From: Saprospiraceae bacterium
Lineage (GTDB): Bacteria; Bacteroidota; Bacteroidia; Chitinophagales; Saprospiraceae
NCBI GenBank assembly: GCA_049290115.1
Contig: JBATMZ010000238.1
Coordinates: 7,347 to 71,346 of the forward strand
DNA length: 64,000 nt
Direction: 5' to 3'
The stretch's first letter is position 1; each line of letters opens with the position of its first letter. The notes under the pieces were generated by a model. The model searched no databases. It was not told the origin of the DNA and saw only the letters and a program-made list of their open reading frames with translations. Positions 47,677 to 57,124 of the stretch are shown here, one piece after another. Both the position numbers and the translations under genes were made by a program.

Positions 47677-48360
47677 CTAATTAGGAATCGGATAATTAGG
47701 AATGTTTTTACCTAATATAATATCCCTTGAAGTATATTCAATGTCCTCATTTTTTTGAAGCTTTACAATTCCATTGCCACCTCGGTTTTGTGGTGGATAT
47801 TTTTGTACATGGGCTGGAAGAAGAGAATCATTGTCAAACTGTAGGTCATCAATATAATATACCGTTTCCAAGGCAGGTTCTTTGATAGCTATATGAATGT
47901 GGGCAGGAAACAAACGCCCAGGATAAGGCGCAGGTTTTGTCGTATGTAACATATATTTTCCATCATTATTGGTTTTCATCCAACCTCTTATATATCCATG
48001 CACTTCAGAATTATAGGGTTTATCCTTTTTGTTCGAATAATGGCCAGTATGATCCGTTTGCCAATAATACAAAATAACATCTTTAGCAGGAGTCAAACCA
48101 TCGGGTAAAAATACGGTACCTGTTACCACCAACTTTTGTCCTTCACCAAACCAAGCTATGTTAGTATCAATAGCGTTAATGTTGGTTGGTTTACCTTCGT
48201 ATAATAGTTCGCAACCGTCACACCCACCGCCAATAATACCATTTACCTCCACTTTATTTGTCTTGACATTCTGCGGATAATTCGTCTGAGATTTACATCC
48301 TATGGAATATAGGATGGTTAAAAAAACAAATAGTATTAGGATTTGATGTAATGTATTCAT
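47677..48360 (-). CDS. intradiol ring-cleavage dioxygenase-like lipoprotein
   Basis: Lipobox (LYSIGC). YPGRLFPAHIHIAIK resembles the intradiol dioxygenase Fe-ligand segment. CDGCELLYEG near the N-terminus. Confidence 0.65.
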   Translation of the reverse strand: MNTLHQILILFVFLTILYSIGCKSQTNYPQNVKTNKVEVNGIIGGGCDGCELLYEGKPTNINAIDTNIAWFGEGQKLVVTGTVFLPDGLTPAKDVILYYWQTDHTGHYSNKKDKPYNSEVHGYIRGWMKTNNDGKYMLHTTKPAPYPGRLFPAHIHIAIKEPALETVYYIDDLQFDNDSLLPAHVQKYPPQNRGGNGIVKLQKNEDIEYTSRDIILGKNIPNYPIPN

Positions 48361-48460
48361 GGCTGAATTATATCAAATTAATAAGCACGAAAGGAATAAT
48401 TATGGTGTAATCATTCCTTTCGTTGATATTTGAAAAACAAAAATATGGATTAATGCCCAA

Positions 48461-49768
48461 TTATCTGTTTCCGTGTGCTTTAAAACTACTTTTTTTATTA
48501 GTTGAAGTTGTTCCCTTTCCTTGGAAGTAATGTTTTCTTTCTGTTGGTTGACCAGATTTACTATTATTGGATGGGCCATGGTTTCTACCATTTCTATTTC
48601 CATTTGGCTTTGGATTAGTTTCAACAACAACTTGATTTGTAGTCGGGTATGGATGTTCGTCTATGACTGGAATTTCTTTACCAATCAATTTTTGAATATC
48701 TTTTAAATACGGCCTCTCTTCAATATCACAAAATGAAATCGCTTTGCCCGAAGCACCGGCTCTACCTGTTCGTCCGATTCGATGAACATACGTTTCTGGT
48801 ATATTTGGGAGTTCAAAATTGATGACGAGGGCTAGTTCGTCGATATCAATTCCTCTCGCAGCAATATCCGTTGCCACGAGCACTTTGGTGATGCCAGATT
48901 TAAATTGGTTTAATGCTTTTTGGCGAGCATTTTGAGATTTATTCCCATGAATGGCCTCTGCAAGTAAATTGGATCGATTTAAAATTTTGACCACTTTATC
49001 TGCACCATGTTTTGTGCGTGTAAACACAAGGGTAGCATCAGCTACAGAGGTTTCGATAATATGCTGTAGCAAAGAGGTTTTGTTTTTTTGATCAACGAAG
49101 TAGACTCGTTGTTCGATGATATCTACCGTTGATGAAACAGGAGTCACCTCCACTGTTTCAGGAGATGTTAAAATAGTTCCTGCTAAAGCCATAATACTGT
49201 CGGGCATAGTAGCTGAAAAAAACAAAGACTGTCTTTTTTGGGGTAGTAATTTGATGATTCTTTTGACATCGTGTACAAACCCCATATCAAGCATTCTATC
49301 CGCTTCATCCAATACAAAATGCGTAATGACATCAAGTTTGATGTGGCCTTGTTGAATTAAATCCAACAATCTTCCAGGTGTTGCTACCAATATATCAACA
49401 CCTTGTTGTATTCTACTCACCTGCTTGTGTTGATTGACCCCACCAAAAATAGCAGTGTGGCGTATGTTTGTTTTTTTACCATAAGCGGCAATACTTTCAT
49501 CAATTTGAATCGCTAATTCACGTGTAGGTGTGACAATTAAACCTCTAGGTTTTCGATCTTTTGATGGACCATCAGCTACAAGATGCTGCAAAATTGGCAA
49601 TACAAAAGCAGCTGTTTTTCCTGTTCCTGTTTGTGCACAAGCCAGTAAGTCTTTTCCTCCCAATACGATAGGAATAGCTTTTGATTGGACAGGTGTTGGT
49701 GTTGTATATCCTTCTTTGTCGAGGGCATACAATAAGGACTCAATTAGCCCTAAATCTTTAAAACTCAT
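48461..49768 (-). CDS. rhlE: DEAD-box ATP-dependent RNA helicase
   Basis: Q-motif (F..LGL...L..A..EGYTTPTPVQ), AQTGTGKT, PTRELA, DEAD (VLDEADRM), SAT, HRIGRTGRAG. Basic Gly/Asn/Arg-rich C-terminal tail. Confidence 0.9.
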   Translation of the reverse strand: MSFKDLGLIESLLYALDKEGYTTPTPVQSKAIPIVLGGKDLLACAQTGTGKTAAFVLPILQHLVADGPSKDRKPRGLIVTPTRELAIQIDESIAAYGKKTNIRHTAIFGGVNQHKQVSRIQQGVDILVATPGRLLDLIQQGHIKLDVITHFVLDEADRMLDMGFVHDVKRIIKLLPQKRQSLFFSATMPDSIMALAGTILTSPETVEVTPVSSTVDIIEQRVYFVDQKNKTSLLQHIIETSVADATLVFTRTKHGADKVVKILNRSNLLAEAIHGNKSQNARQKALNQFKSGITKVLVATDIAARGIDIDELALVINFELPNIPETYVHRIGRTGRAGASGKAISFCDIEERPYLKDIQKLIGKEIPVIDEHPYPTTNQVVVETNPKPNGNRNGRNHGPSNNSKSGQPTERKHYFQGKGTTSTNKKSSFKAHGNR

Positions 49769-49934
49769 TTATTTTTTATTTATGATTTCCCCCTTCTATA
49801 CCATTAGAAAACCATCACAACTTCAAGGGTTGTGGTATGATTTTGTACTTACAAATTATGTGGATAGGTCATTTTTTTCTATCTGGTAACCCAAAGTACC
49901 GCAGTGATCATGAGGGAGAATGATCGATGAACCG

Positions 49935-49942
49935 CAAAGATA
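49935..49942 (-). promoter_or_regulatory. Bacteroidota -7 box TATCTTTG (rhlE, long leader)
   Basis: Plus strand reads caaagata. About 166 nt upstream of ATG 49768. Lies inside the 18-nt string identical to the ygiQ promoter. Confidence 0.4.
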
Positions 49943-50270
49943 CGGCTTTTATTTAACATGAAATCAGATTAGCATAAACTAATAATAAACTAAATATATA
50001 ATAAATAGATAATCAATTAGATAGTAATTATTTATTTTGCTCTACAAATAAAATTTGGTTTGCAATTTTAAAGAAAAGGAGGTTTAGTAAAAATAAATAT
50101 CAACTACATTGATTTTTCTATTAGGTTATGGTTGTATTCGTTTAGTCGAAATGTTTTTCCAGATAGATTGAAGAGTCATCATGTCAATTGTCTATTTATG
50201 ACGACAAATTTCAGCGACATTTTATTTTTTTGTTTCTTTGTAGACTTATTTTTAAAAATCAATTATTCAG

Positions 50271-51242
50271 TTGCCGACTTCCCCAAAAATATTAATTATT
50301 CGATTTAGTTCGATTGGTGATATCATACTTACGACGCCTGTAATAAGATGTGTTCATCAACAGCTCAATGCCGAGATACATGTATTGACTAAAAATGCTT
50401 TTAAAGGCCTTTTTGAATACAACCCACATGTAGCTAAAATTCACGTTTTAGAATCCATGGATCGAAGGGTATTAAAAAGAATGGACTTTGACCACATTAT
50501 CGATCTTCAAAAGAATTGGATTTCTCGTTGGTTATGTTTTATCCTAGGGAGACCCTATACCTCTTTTAACAAATTGAATATCAAAAAATGGCTTTTAGTC
50601 CACTTTAAAATTAACCTTCTTCCTAAAAAACACCTCGTAGGTCGGTACTTTGAAGCACTGAAACCACTTGGTATAAATAATGATGATCTAGGTTGTGATT
50701 ATTATATTAAAGAGGTTAATATTTCTGAAAATATCCAAGAAATGGCTAAAACCGAATACGACATTATTGTTTTGGGTGCAGCACATGCCACGAAAAGAAT
50801 TTCACTTCAAAAGTGTAGGGAAATCATAGGCTTGCAACATAGAAATATTATCCTTTTAGGAGGTAAGGATGTGACCGATATGGCTGCCTTGCTTAAAAAG
50901 GAATGCCCGATGGTTATCAACCGAGTTGGTAAAGATAATCTTGATGAGAGCGCCCACCTAATTAGAAATGCACGGTTAATCTATACAGGTGATACTGGGA
51001 TGATGCACTTAGCCGTAGCTTTACAAAAAAGGGTTGTTGTTTTGTGGGGAAATACAGTACCAGCTTTTGGAATGTATCCTTATTATGGTAATAAACAAAA
51101 AAACTTAAGCCATTCAATTGAGCATAAAAACCTTAAGTGCCGGCCTTGTTCGAAATTGGGTTACCCTTCTTGCCCTAAAGGTCATTTTAAATGTATGGAA
51201 GAATTAGAGATAAAGGAAATATTGGATTATGAACAATTGTAA
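50271..51242 (+). CDS. glycosyltransferase family 9 (heptosyltransferase-like)
   Basis: ILIIRFSSIGDIILTTPVIR N-terminus and C-terminal TGDTGMMHLA, typical of GT9. TTG start. Confidence 0.8.
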   Translation: MPTSPKILIIRFSSIGDIILTTPVIRCVHQQLNAEIHVLTKNAFKGLFEYNPHVAKIHVLESMDRRVLKRMDFDHIIDLQKNWISRWLCFILGRPYTSFNKLNIKKWLLVHFKINLLPKKHLVGRYFEALKPLGINNDDLGCDYYIKEVNISENIQEMAKTEYDIIVLGAAHATKRISLQKCREIIGLQHRNIILLGGKDVTDMAALLKKECPMVINRVGKDNLDESAHLIRNARLIYTGDTGMMHLAVALQKRVVVLWGNTVPAFGMYPYYGNKQKNLSHSIEHKNLKCRPCSKLGYPSCPKGHFKCMEELEIKEILDYEQL

Positions 51243-51873
51243 ATTGTGTCAACATCCTTTACCTCCAGATAATTTACAATTTGAAAAAGACAAAAGACAC
51301 TATTTTTTTTGCTCAACATGCTTTTTGATTCAAGTTACCCCGCAAGAATATCCAAGCAGAGAGCAAGCCATAAAGCGATATAATCATCATATTAAAGGGG
51401 CAGGAAATAAAGGGCATATTCATTTTTTGCATCAGGCAATTAACCCAACATTACCTTTTATGTCATCTGGAAATAAATGTTTGGATTATGGTTGTGGTCC
51501 TGTACCCACCCTTCCTTGCATTTTATCGCCCCTTGGATTTTTTTGTGATATTTTTGACCCTTATTATAATTTCTCACAAGAGAAGGAGACTTGTGTTCAC
51601 CATGTTTTTTGCTTGGAAACGGCTGAACATTTTTTTGAGCCCAACAAAGAATTTGAGCATCTGTTTGAATTAATATTGCCTGGAGGAACTTTGACCCTTA
51701 TGACAGAATGGTATGAAAACCTAGAACAATTTTCTACATGGAGTTATAAAAGAGATATTACCCATGTGGTATTTTATCACCAAAAAACTATGGAATATAT
51801 TGCCAATCGATATAAAGTACCCCTTGTTTATTCCGACCATGAGAGAGTCGCAGTTTTTAAAAAAAACCTTTAA
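51229..51873 (+). CDS. class I SAM-dependent methyltransferase with N-terminal Zn-ribbon
   Basis: CKLCQHPL...FFCSTCFLIQ (four-Cys ribbon), then SAM motif I CLDYGCGPV. Overlaps the GT9 gene by 14 nt. Confidence 0.7.
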   Translation: MNNCKLCQHPLPPDNLQFEKDKRHYFFCSTCFLIQVTPQEYPSREQAIKRYNHHIKGAGNKGHIHFLHQAINPTLPFMSSGNKCLDYGCGPVPTLPCILSPLGFFCDIFDPYYNFSQEKETCVHHVFCLETAEHFFEPNKEFEHLFELILPGGTLTLMTEWYENLEQFSTWSYKRDITHVVFYHQKTMEYIANRYKVPLVYSDHERVAVFKKNL

Positions 51874-52985
51874 AATCGGGCATTTTTTACAACATAGTCC
51901 ATCTTTTGCATTAAATCTCTTTTATCTTCTCCCGGTGCCAAAATAAATGCATCGATAAATATAACTTCATTTTTTTCTTTATTTAATAATAAGTAACTGA
52001 AGAATGGTCCGCCCATAAAATCATTGACGGTTTCCCAAATTCCTCTTACTTCTCTACCGTAAAGTCCATTGCTGTTCATTTCGTAAGCATAAACTGGTAA
52101 GTCGATGACATTGGTTTGCATGTAAGCATCGTCAGATGAGGTTTTAATAAATTCCTTGCCGTATGTATCTCTTAAGCTGATGATGTTTTCTTTTGAAAAT
52201 TGAGCAGTATCTGTATAGGCAAATTTACGAAAAACAAAATTTTGAACTGATTTTGAATCATCCATTCTAATCCATAAAAAATTGTCTGCTTCTAGGGCTT
52301 TGACATAGGAAGGAGGAATGTCCATAAACAATCCAAAAGATTTTTGTACTGCTTCACTTAAGTCAATGTTTTTTCCTTTGACCCCGTACAATGATGCCGC
52401 TATGGAAGGACCATCGTGTTGGTTAATCCGTGCCGCAATCAAAGGAAAATTGGTTCTCATGATGGACGCTAATTTTTTTTCGTTTTTAGCAAAAAGGTAA
52501 ACCAATAGCTGATTTTTTGCCCATTTGTCTCTAGCTATAGACATGGAGAACGTTGAGTCTGTAAGTGCCCGTTTCCATTTTTCAGCACCAAAATCTTTTT
52601 TCATCATTTGGGTAGTCAAACTATTCGTGTCACTTAGGTTGACTACGAAAACCATGGTTTTTAATTCTTTTTTGTAAGGGTCCGACATGATTTCTTCCAT
52701 GGTCAACTTACGGAGATCAAAAAAAGGTTCAGGAGCTGGCATGACCGGATATGAAGAGGCAAAATAGTAATCAATAGAATCCCAAATCATTCCTTTCGAT
52801 AGTATCGTATCCAACACAAAATCAACATGGTTTGTGCTACCCATCGCTGTTGGTTTGTGGCCATGAAAAGGAGAGGCTTGTTTACATGAATAAAATCCAA
52901 AAATAACAAAAATCACTAAAACAAACATCGCTTTAGATGGAAGCAATATTGGATTTGAAGCGAAGCCTATTTTACGAAAATACAT
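51870..52985 (-). CDS. hypothetical lipoprotein (DUF4837-like)
   Basis: Signal/lipobox VIFGFYSC. The segment WDSIDYYFASSYPVMPAPEPFFDLRKL resembles the DUF4837 pattern I recall (...LPQ.EP.Fdl...). The true start may be the internal Met at 52928. Confidence 0.45.
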   Translation of the reverse strand: MYFRKIGFASNPILLPSKAMFVLVIFVIFGFYSCKQASPFHGHKPTAMGSTNHVDFVLDTILSKGMIWDSIDYYFASSYPVMPAPEPFFDLRKLTMEEIMSDPYKKELKTMVFVVNLSDTNSLTTQMMKKDFGAEKWKRALTDSTFSMSIARDKWAKNQLLVYLFAKNEKKLASIMRTNFPLIAARINQHDGPSIAASLYGVKGKNIDLSEAVQKSFGLFMDIPPSYVKALEADNFLWIRMDDSKSVQNFVFRKFAYTDTAQFSKENIISLRDTYGKEFIKTSSDDAYMQTNVIDLPVYAYEMNSNGLYGREVRGIWETVNDFMGGPFFSYLLLNKEKNEVIFIDAFILAPGEDKRDLMQKMDYVVKNARF

Positions 52986-53104
52986 GAATAAGTGATTTTA
53001 CCTATTAGATGCCATCAAAATCTATTTTGGCGTACACCATTTAGAATAATTCTTAAACAATTGGCTTCATATATTGGTTTTTCTAACAAATAATTTTACA
53101 AAAC

Positions 53105-54148
53105 ATGTTCAAACCCCTTCTAATTTTTACAGTTTGTGTCTTCGCCATTTTTTCATGTTCTGATAAAGTCGAAGTACCTGATGTTTCTGCAATAAACGTT
53201 TCTTTTGATGTTATTAGAACAGAACAAATGATCTTTGGGACAGCAGATCAATCGGAATTAGTCCAATCATTATCTTTATTGCAACAGAATCATACTTCTT
53301 TTTTTGATGTTTATTTTAACCATATTTTTCCTGTCGGCCCTGCAAATAATTTGGATAGTTTGGCTATGGCCATCCTCGAATTTAAAAGCCAACCTTTGGC
53401 CGATACTATGCTCACAAAAGTGAATGCGAAATATCGCGACGTAGCATTTTTGGAGAAGGCATTTAAAAAGGCTTTTCAATATTGCCAATATTATTTTCCA
53501 GACCGCACCGTTCCAGATTTATATACGATAGTATCTGAATTTGGTTATCAAGGTTTTATTTTCGAAGGCAATGGAGGAAAAGATGCTTTGGGAATTGGCC
53601 TTGAAATGTTTTTGGAGGGAGAGTTACAGTATAAAAGAATTGAACCAGACAATCCAGGTTTTTCAGATTATATTACCAAAACATGGAATCAGGATTATAT
53701 TGTAAAAAAGATTTTGGATGTTTTACTGTCAGATATAGTCGAAATAACAAACGGGAATAAAATGATGGATCACATGATTTCAAATGGTAAAAAAATTTAT
53801 ATTTTGTCTCACCTTTTACCAGAAGTACACGATTCTATTTTATTTGAATATCCGCTCGACCAAACGGAATGGTGCAAGGATAATGAGCTAGAAATGTGGT
53901 CTTTTTTTATTGAAAAAAATTTATTGCAAGAGAGCAACCCCAATTTGATCAACAAGTATATAAATCCTAGTCCCGATTCCCCGGGTATGCCAAAACAAGC
54001 ACCTGGACGAACTGGTAATTACGTAGGATATAAAATAGTAAAGGATTATATGAATAAAAATGCAAAAATTACCCTTAATGAATTGGCATTAGAAGTCGAC
54101 GCACAAAAAATATTCGAATTATCTAAGTACAAACCAAGGAGAATATAG
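53105..54148 (+). CDS. gldB: gliding motility lipoprotein GldB-like
   Basis: Lipobox FAIFSC. Size is about 347 aa. An N-terminal '...V..IRTEQMIF' segment and YYFPDRTVPDLYTIVSEFGYQ resemble Flavobacterium GldB from memory. Needs HMM confirmation (TIGR03514). Confidence 0.55.
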   Translation: MFKPLLIFTVCVFAIFSCSDKVEVPDVSAINVSFDVIRTEQMIFGTADQSELVQSLSLLQQNHTSFFDVYFNHIFPVGPANNLDSLAMAILEFKSQPLADTMLTKVNAKYRDVAFLEKAFKKAFQYCQYYFPDRTVPDLYTIVSEFGYQGFIFEGNGGKDALGIGLEMFLEGELQYKRIEPDNPGFSDYITKTWNQDYIVKKILDVLLSDIVEITNGNKMMDHMISNGKKIYILSHLLPEVHDSILFEYPLDQTEWCKDNELEMWSFFIEKNLLQESNPNLINKYINPSPDSPGMPKQAPGRTGNYVGYKIVKDYMNKNAKITLNELALEVDAQKIFELSKYKPRRI

Positions 54149-54209
54149 TTATTCATCTTGATAACATTTGTGTGAGATACGATTTCGATTTTTATTTGAA
54201 AAGATGTTG

Positions 54210-54217
54210 TATCTTTG
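54210..54217 (+). promoter_or_regulatory. Bacteroidota -7 box TATCTTTG (tatA)
   Basis: Exact match 35 nt upstream of ATG 54253. Confidence 0.45.
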
Positions 54218-54252
54218 TGTATTGAATTTGATACTTAAAAATTGTATAATAT

Positions 54253-54450
54253 ATGTTTAGTTTAATTTTTGGTTTAGGCCCACAGGAGTTGATTGTTATT
54301 GGAATGATTATTCTTGTTTTTTTTGGAGGTAAAAAAATTCCTGAATTAATGCGTGGATTAGGAAGCGGCATTAGAGAGTTTAATAACGCTAAAGCTAATA
54401 TCGAAACTGAGGTCAAGGAAGGGATGAAAGAATTGGACAATAAAAAATAG
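54253..54450 (+). CDS. tatA: twin-arginine translocase subunit TatA/E
   Basis: GLGPQELIVIGMIILVFFGGKKIPELMRGLGSGIREFNNAK is the canonical TatA TM helix plus amphipathic helix. 65 aa. Confidence 0.9.
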   Translation: MFSLIFGLGPQELIVIGMIILVFFGGKKIPELMRGLGSGIREFNNAKANIETEVKEGMKELDNKK

Positions 54451-54471
54451 TATATTCGCTTTTTATTCCAC

Positions 54472-55698
54472 ATGAAGCGAAATATATTTTTATTTATTTT
54501 TTCCATATTATTCTATTTTGAAGGGAAGGCTCAATTCAATCTTGAGGATTCTCTCTTATATGATAAGGCACTACAATTAGCCAAAACTTTTATTATCGTA
54601 GATGGTCATGTTGACCTTCCTTACAGATTAAAGGTGCAAAATTTCCGATTTGTTAAAGAATTTACTGGAATTCCTGTTTCGTCTGACGAAGGTGATTTTG
54701 ATGCATTAAGGGCAAAAGAAGGTGGACTCGATGCTCCGTTTATGTCTATTTATATTCCGGCTTCATATCAAGTGTCAGGCGGCGCTGACATGCTGGCAGA
54801 CAGTTTGATCAATATGGTGGAATATATTGCCCAACAACACCCAGATTATTTTATGTTGGCCCGTAATCCGAATGATATCGAAGTAGCAAAAGAATTAGGG
54901 CTTATTGCCTTACCTATGGGAATGGAAAATGGGGCTCCCGTAGAAAACGATATCAATAAAATTGCCTATTTTAAGTCAAGGGGAATAAGCTACATTACAC
55001 TAACCCATTCAAAAGATAATAAAATTTGTGATTCTTCTTATGATACTACTCGTACGTGGAAAGGAATGAGTCCTTATGGTTTTAAAGTGGTTGATGAAAT
55101 GGTCAGACAAGGTATCATGATTGACATTTCGCATGTCTCTGATCAAACGTTTAATCAAGTTTTAGACCACGTTAAAGTACCCATCATTGCTTCTCATTCG
55201 TCAGTAAGAAGGTACACACCAGGCTTTGAAAGAAATATGGATGATGTTATGATCCATAGGATGAAAGAAAACAATGGTGTTATAATGATCAATTTTGGCA
55301 CCATCTTTTTAGATGGGACAATTGCAGAATATAATCAAGCCAAAAGAAATGAACTACGAGAACTACTGTCTGCAAAGGGAGTGGATCCACAGAGCGAAGA
55401 AGGTAAAAGGATAGTGGATGATTTTAGAAAATCTAACCCAGTCCTATTTGCCGATGTATATAAAGTAGCGGACCACATTGACCATGTTGTTCAAATAGCG
55501 GGAATCGACCATGTTGGTCTTGGATCTGACTACGATGGAGTAGGGGATTCTTTGCCAGTTGGACTTAAAGATGTGTCAGATTATCCAAACCTTATTTATG
55601 TCTTGTTGCAAAGAGGCTACTCAGAAGAGGACATAGCAAAAATCTGTTATCAGAACATTTTCAGGGTGTGGAATGAAGTTCTTGAGACTCAAAAATAA
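54472..55698 (+). CDS. membrane dipeptidase (M19, renal dipeptidase family)
   Basis: DGHVDLPYRL, ITLTHSKDN, IDISHVSD, ASHSS, GLGSDYDG metal and active-site motifs. Signal peptide present. Confidence 0.9.
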   Translation: MKRNIFLFIFSILFYFEGKAQFNLEDSLLYDKALQLAKTFIIVDGHVDLPYRLKVQNFRFVKEFTGIPVSSDEGDFDALRAKEGGLDAPFMSIYIPASYQVSGGADMLADSLINMVEYIAQQHPDYFMLARNPNDIEVAKELGLIALPMGMENGAPVENDINKIAYFKSRGISYITLTHSKDNKICDSSYDTTRTWKGMSPYGFKVVDEMVRQGIMIDISHVSDQTFNQVLDHVKVPIIASHSSVRRYTPGFERNMDDVMIHRMKENNGVIMINFGTIFLDGTIAEYNQAKRNELRELLSAKGVDPQSEEGKRIVDDFRKSNPVLFADVYKVADHIDHVVQIAGIDHVGLGSDYDGVGDSLPVGLKDVSDYPNLIYVLLQRGYSEEDIAKICYQNIFRVWNEVLETQK

Positions 55699-56082
55699 TC
55701 TCATTCTAGAATTACGATTATATCTTCACTCCACGTGTGTGTATAATTTGTAACATAAAAAAGTATAGTAACGACTTTTTTGTTAATCGTTTTTTTGTCA
55801 TTATTACATGTCAATCTACTAACTGCATAAGTATATCAATGCTCAAATCGTCCATGACAGAATCATGGCATATTTCATATAAAAAAATACATTTTAACAT
55901 GAAGTTAAAGTTGCATTTGTTTCCAAAAAGAAAATATCTATATAAACCATGTAGAGATTAGTTTATTGCCAATTAAATTTGAATAATTGATAGGTTATAG
56001 ATTTATAATATTATAAATGACAGTTTTGTTTGTATGAAATAAAAAAAAATGCTCATTATTTATTAAAATTTATTTTTAGTTG

Positions 56083-56090
56083 TATATTTG
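56083..56090 (+). promoter_or_regulatory. Bacteroidota -7 box TATATTTG (56119 gene)
   Basis: Exact match 28 nt upstream of ATG 56119. Confidence 0.45.
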
Positions 56091-56118
56091 ATTTTGTATT
56101 TTGAAAATTGAATCAAAT

Positions 56119-57015
56119 ATGAAACAAAAGGTAATGTTTGCCAGGTTGGCTATAGTATTAATTTGTTTTAGTTTTTTTACATCCAACCTTCGAAGTCAGG
56201 CTATCGCGGATCTTTTTAGTGGTTATATAGATGAGAATGCCAAACCATATCTGGCGCCTTTATCCCATTTGATTGCGGGCAACCTACATTCGGGAATACG
56301 TGAATGGGGTAATGTAGATTCTAGTTTTCATGTCAAATTGGGTATAAACCTTATTTTTGCCTACCCCACATCAAATATGAAATCTTTTATGGGTAAAACA
56401 ATAGCAGGTTTTGAACCCGAACAAGTTGTAGAGGTACCTACTGTTATCGGAGCCAACGATGCTGTGAGAGTAGAAGGTGTAAATGGAACGGCTTTTATTT
56501 TCCCCGTTGGATATAAACTCGAAAAACTACCCCTCGTTGTACCTCAAATAACGTTTGGAGGTGTATTCAATACCGAAATTACCTTGAGATATTTTGCTTT
56601 AAATACAGATGATGAAATTGATAAAATTGACTTTTTAGGATTTGGAATCCGACATGGCCTCAATGATTATATCGGAGACTTTCCGTATGATATAGGAGTA
56701 AGTTATATGTTTCAAAGATTCAATGTAAGTCCTTTTATTTTTGGCAAGTATCAACTGATAGCAGGGCATATTGGAAAATCCGGTAAAAAATGGACATCTA
56801 TGATTACTTTAGGCTATCAAAATGCCCAAACTGACTTTGTTTACTCAAGACAGGATGGGACAGACCTTCGAAAATACGAAGTCAATATCAAAGGAAACTA
56901 CCCATTATTTGTAGAACTAATGGGCGGTGTAAAATTGTGGATTTTTCATTTGAGAGGATCCGTGAGTTATGCAGGTCCATTGACGGCTTCTGTGGGATTA
57001 CATGTTAAAATTTGA
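56119..57015 (+). CDS. hypothetical secreted protein, possible outer-membrane beta-barrel
   Basis: Signal peptide (FSFFTSNLRSQA), alternating beta-like pattern, and an aromatic-rich C-terminus (SVGLHVKI). ATG 56119 chosen because a TATATTTG box lies at 56083-56090. Confidence 0.5.
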   Translation: MKQKVMFARLAIVLICFSFFTSNLRSQAIADLFSGYIDENAKPYLAPLSHLIAGNLHSGIREWGNVDSSFHVKLGINLIFAYPTSNMKSFMGKTIAGFEPEQVVEVPTVIGANDAVRVEGVNGTAFIFPVGYKLEKLPLVVPQITFGGVFNTEITLRYFALNTDDEIDKIDFLGFGIRHGLNDYIGDFPYDIGVSYMFQRFNVSPFIFGKYQLIAGHIGKSGKKWTSMITLGYQNAQTDFVYSRQDGTDLRKYEVNIKGNYPLFVELMGGVKLWIFHLRGSVSYAGPLTASVGLHVKI

Positions 57016-57124
57016 TTTCACAATATTGTTCAAAATAGAGTAAACACAGTTGAAAAACATACCTTGACGGTCATTTTCAAAGCCAATTCTAAGTTACAAT
57101 TCAAAACCAAATAAATTTAAAAAG

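Noticed and set aside
55737-55961. 74-aa ORF in the AT-rich spacer
   Set aside because: Ile/Lys/Cys-rich composition typical of random AT-rich DNA. It has no promoter box at a sensible distance and no recognisable motif.
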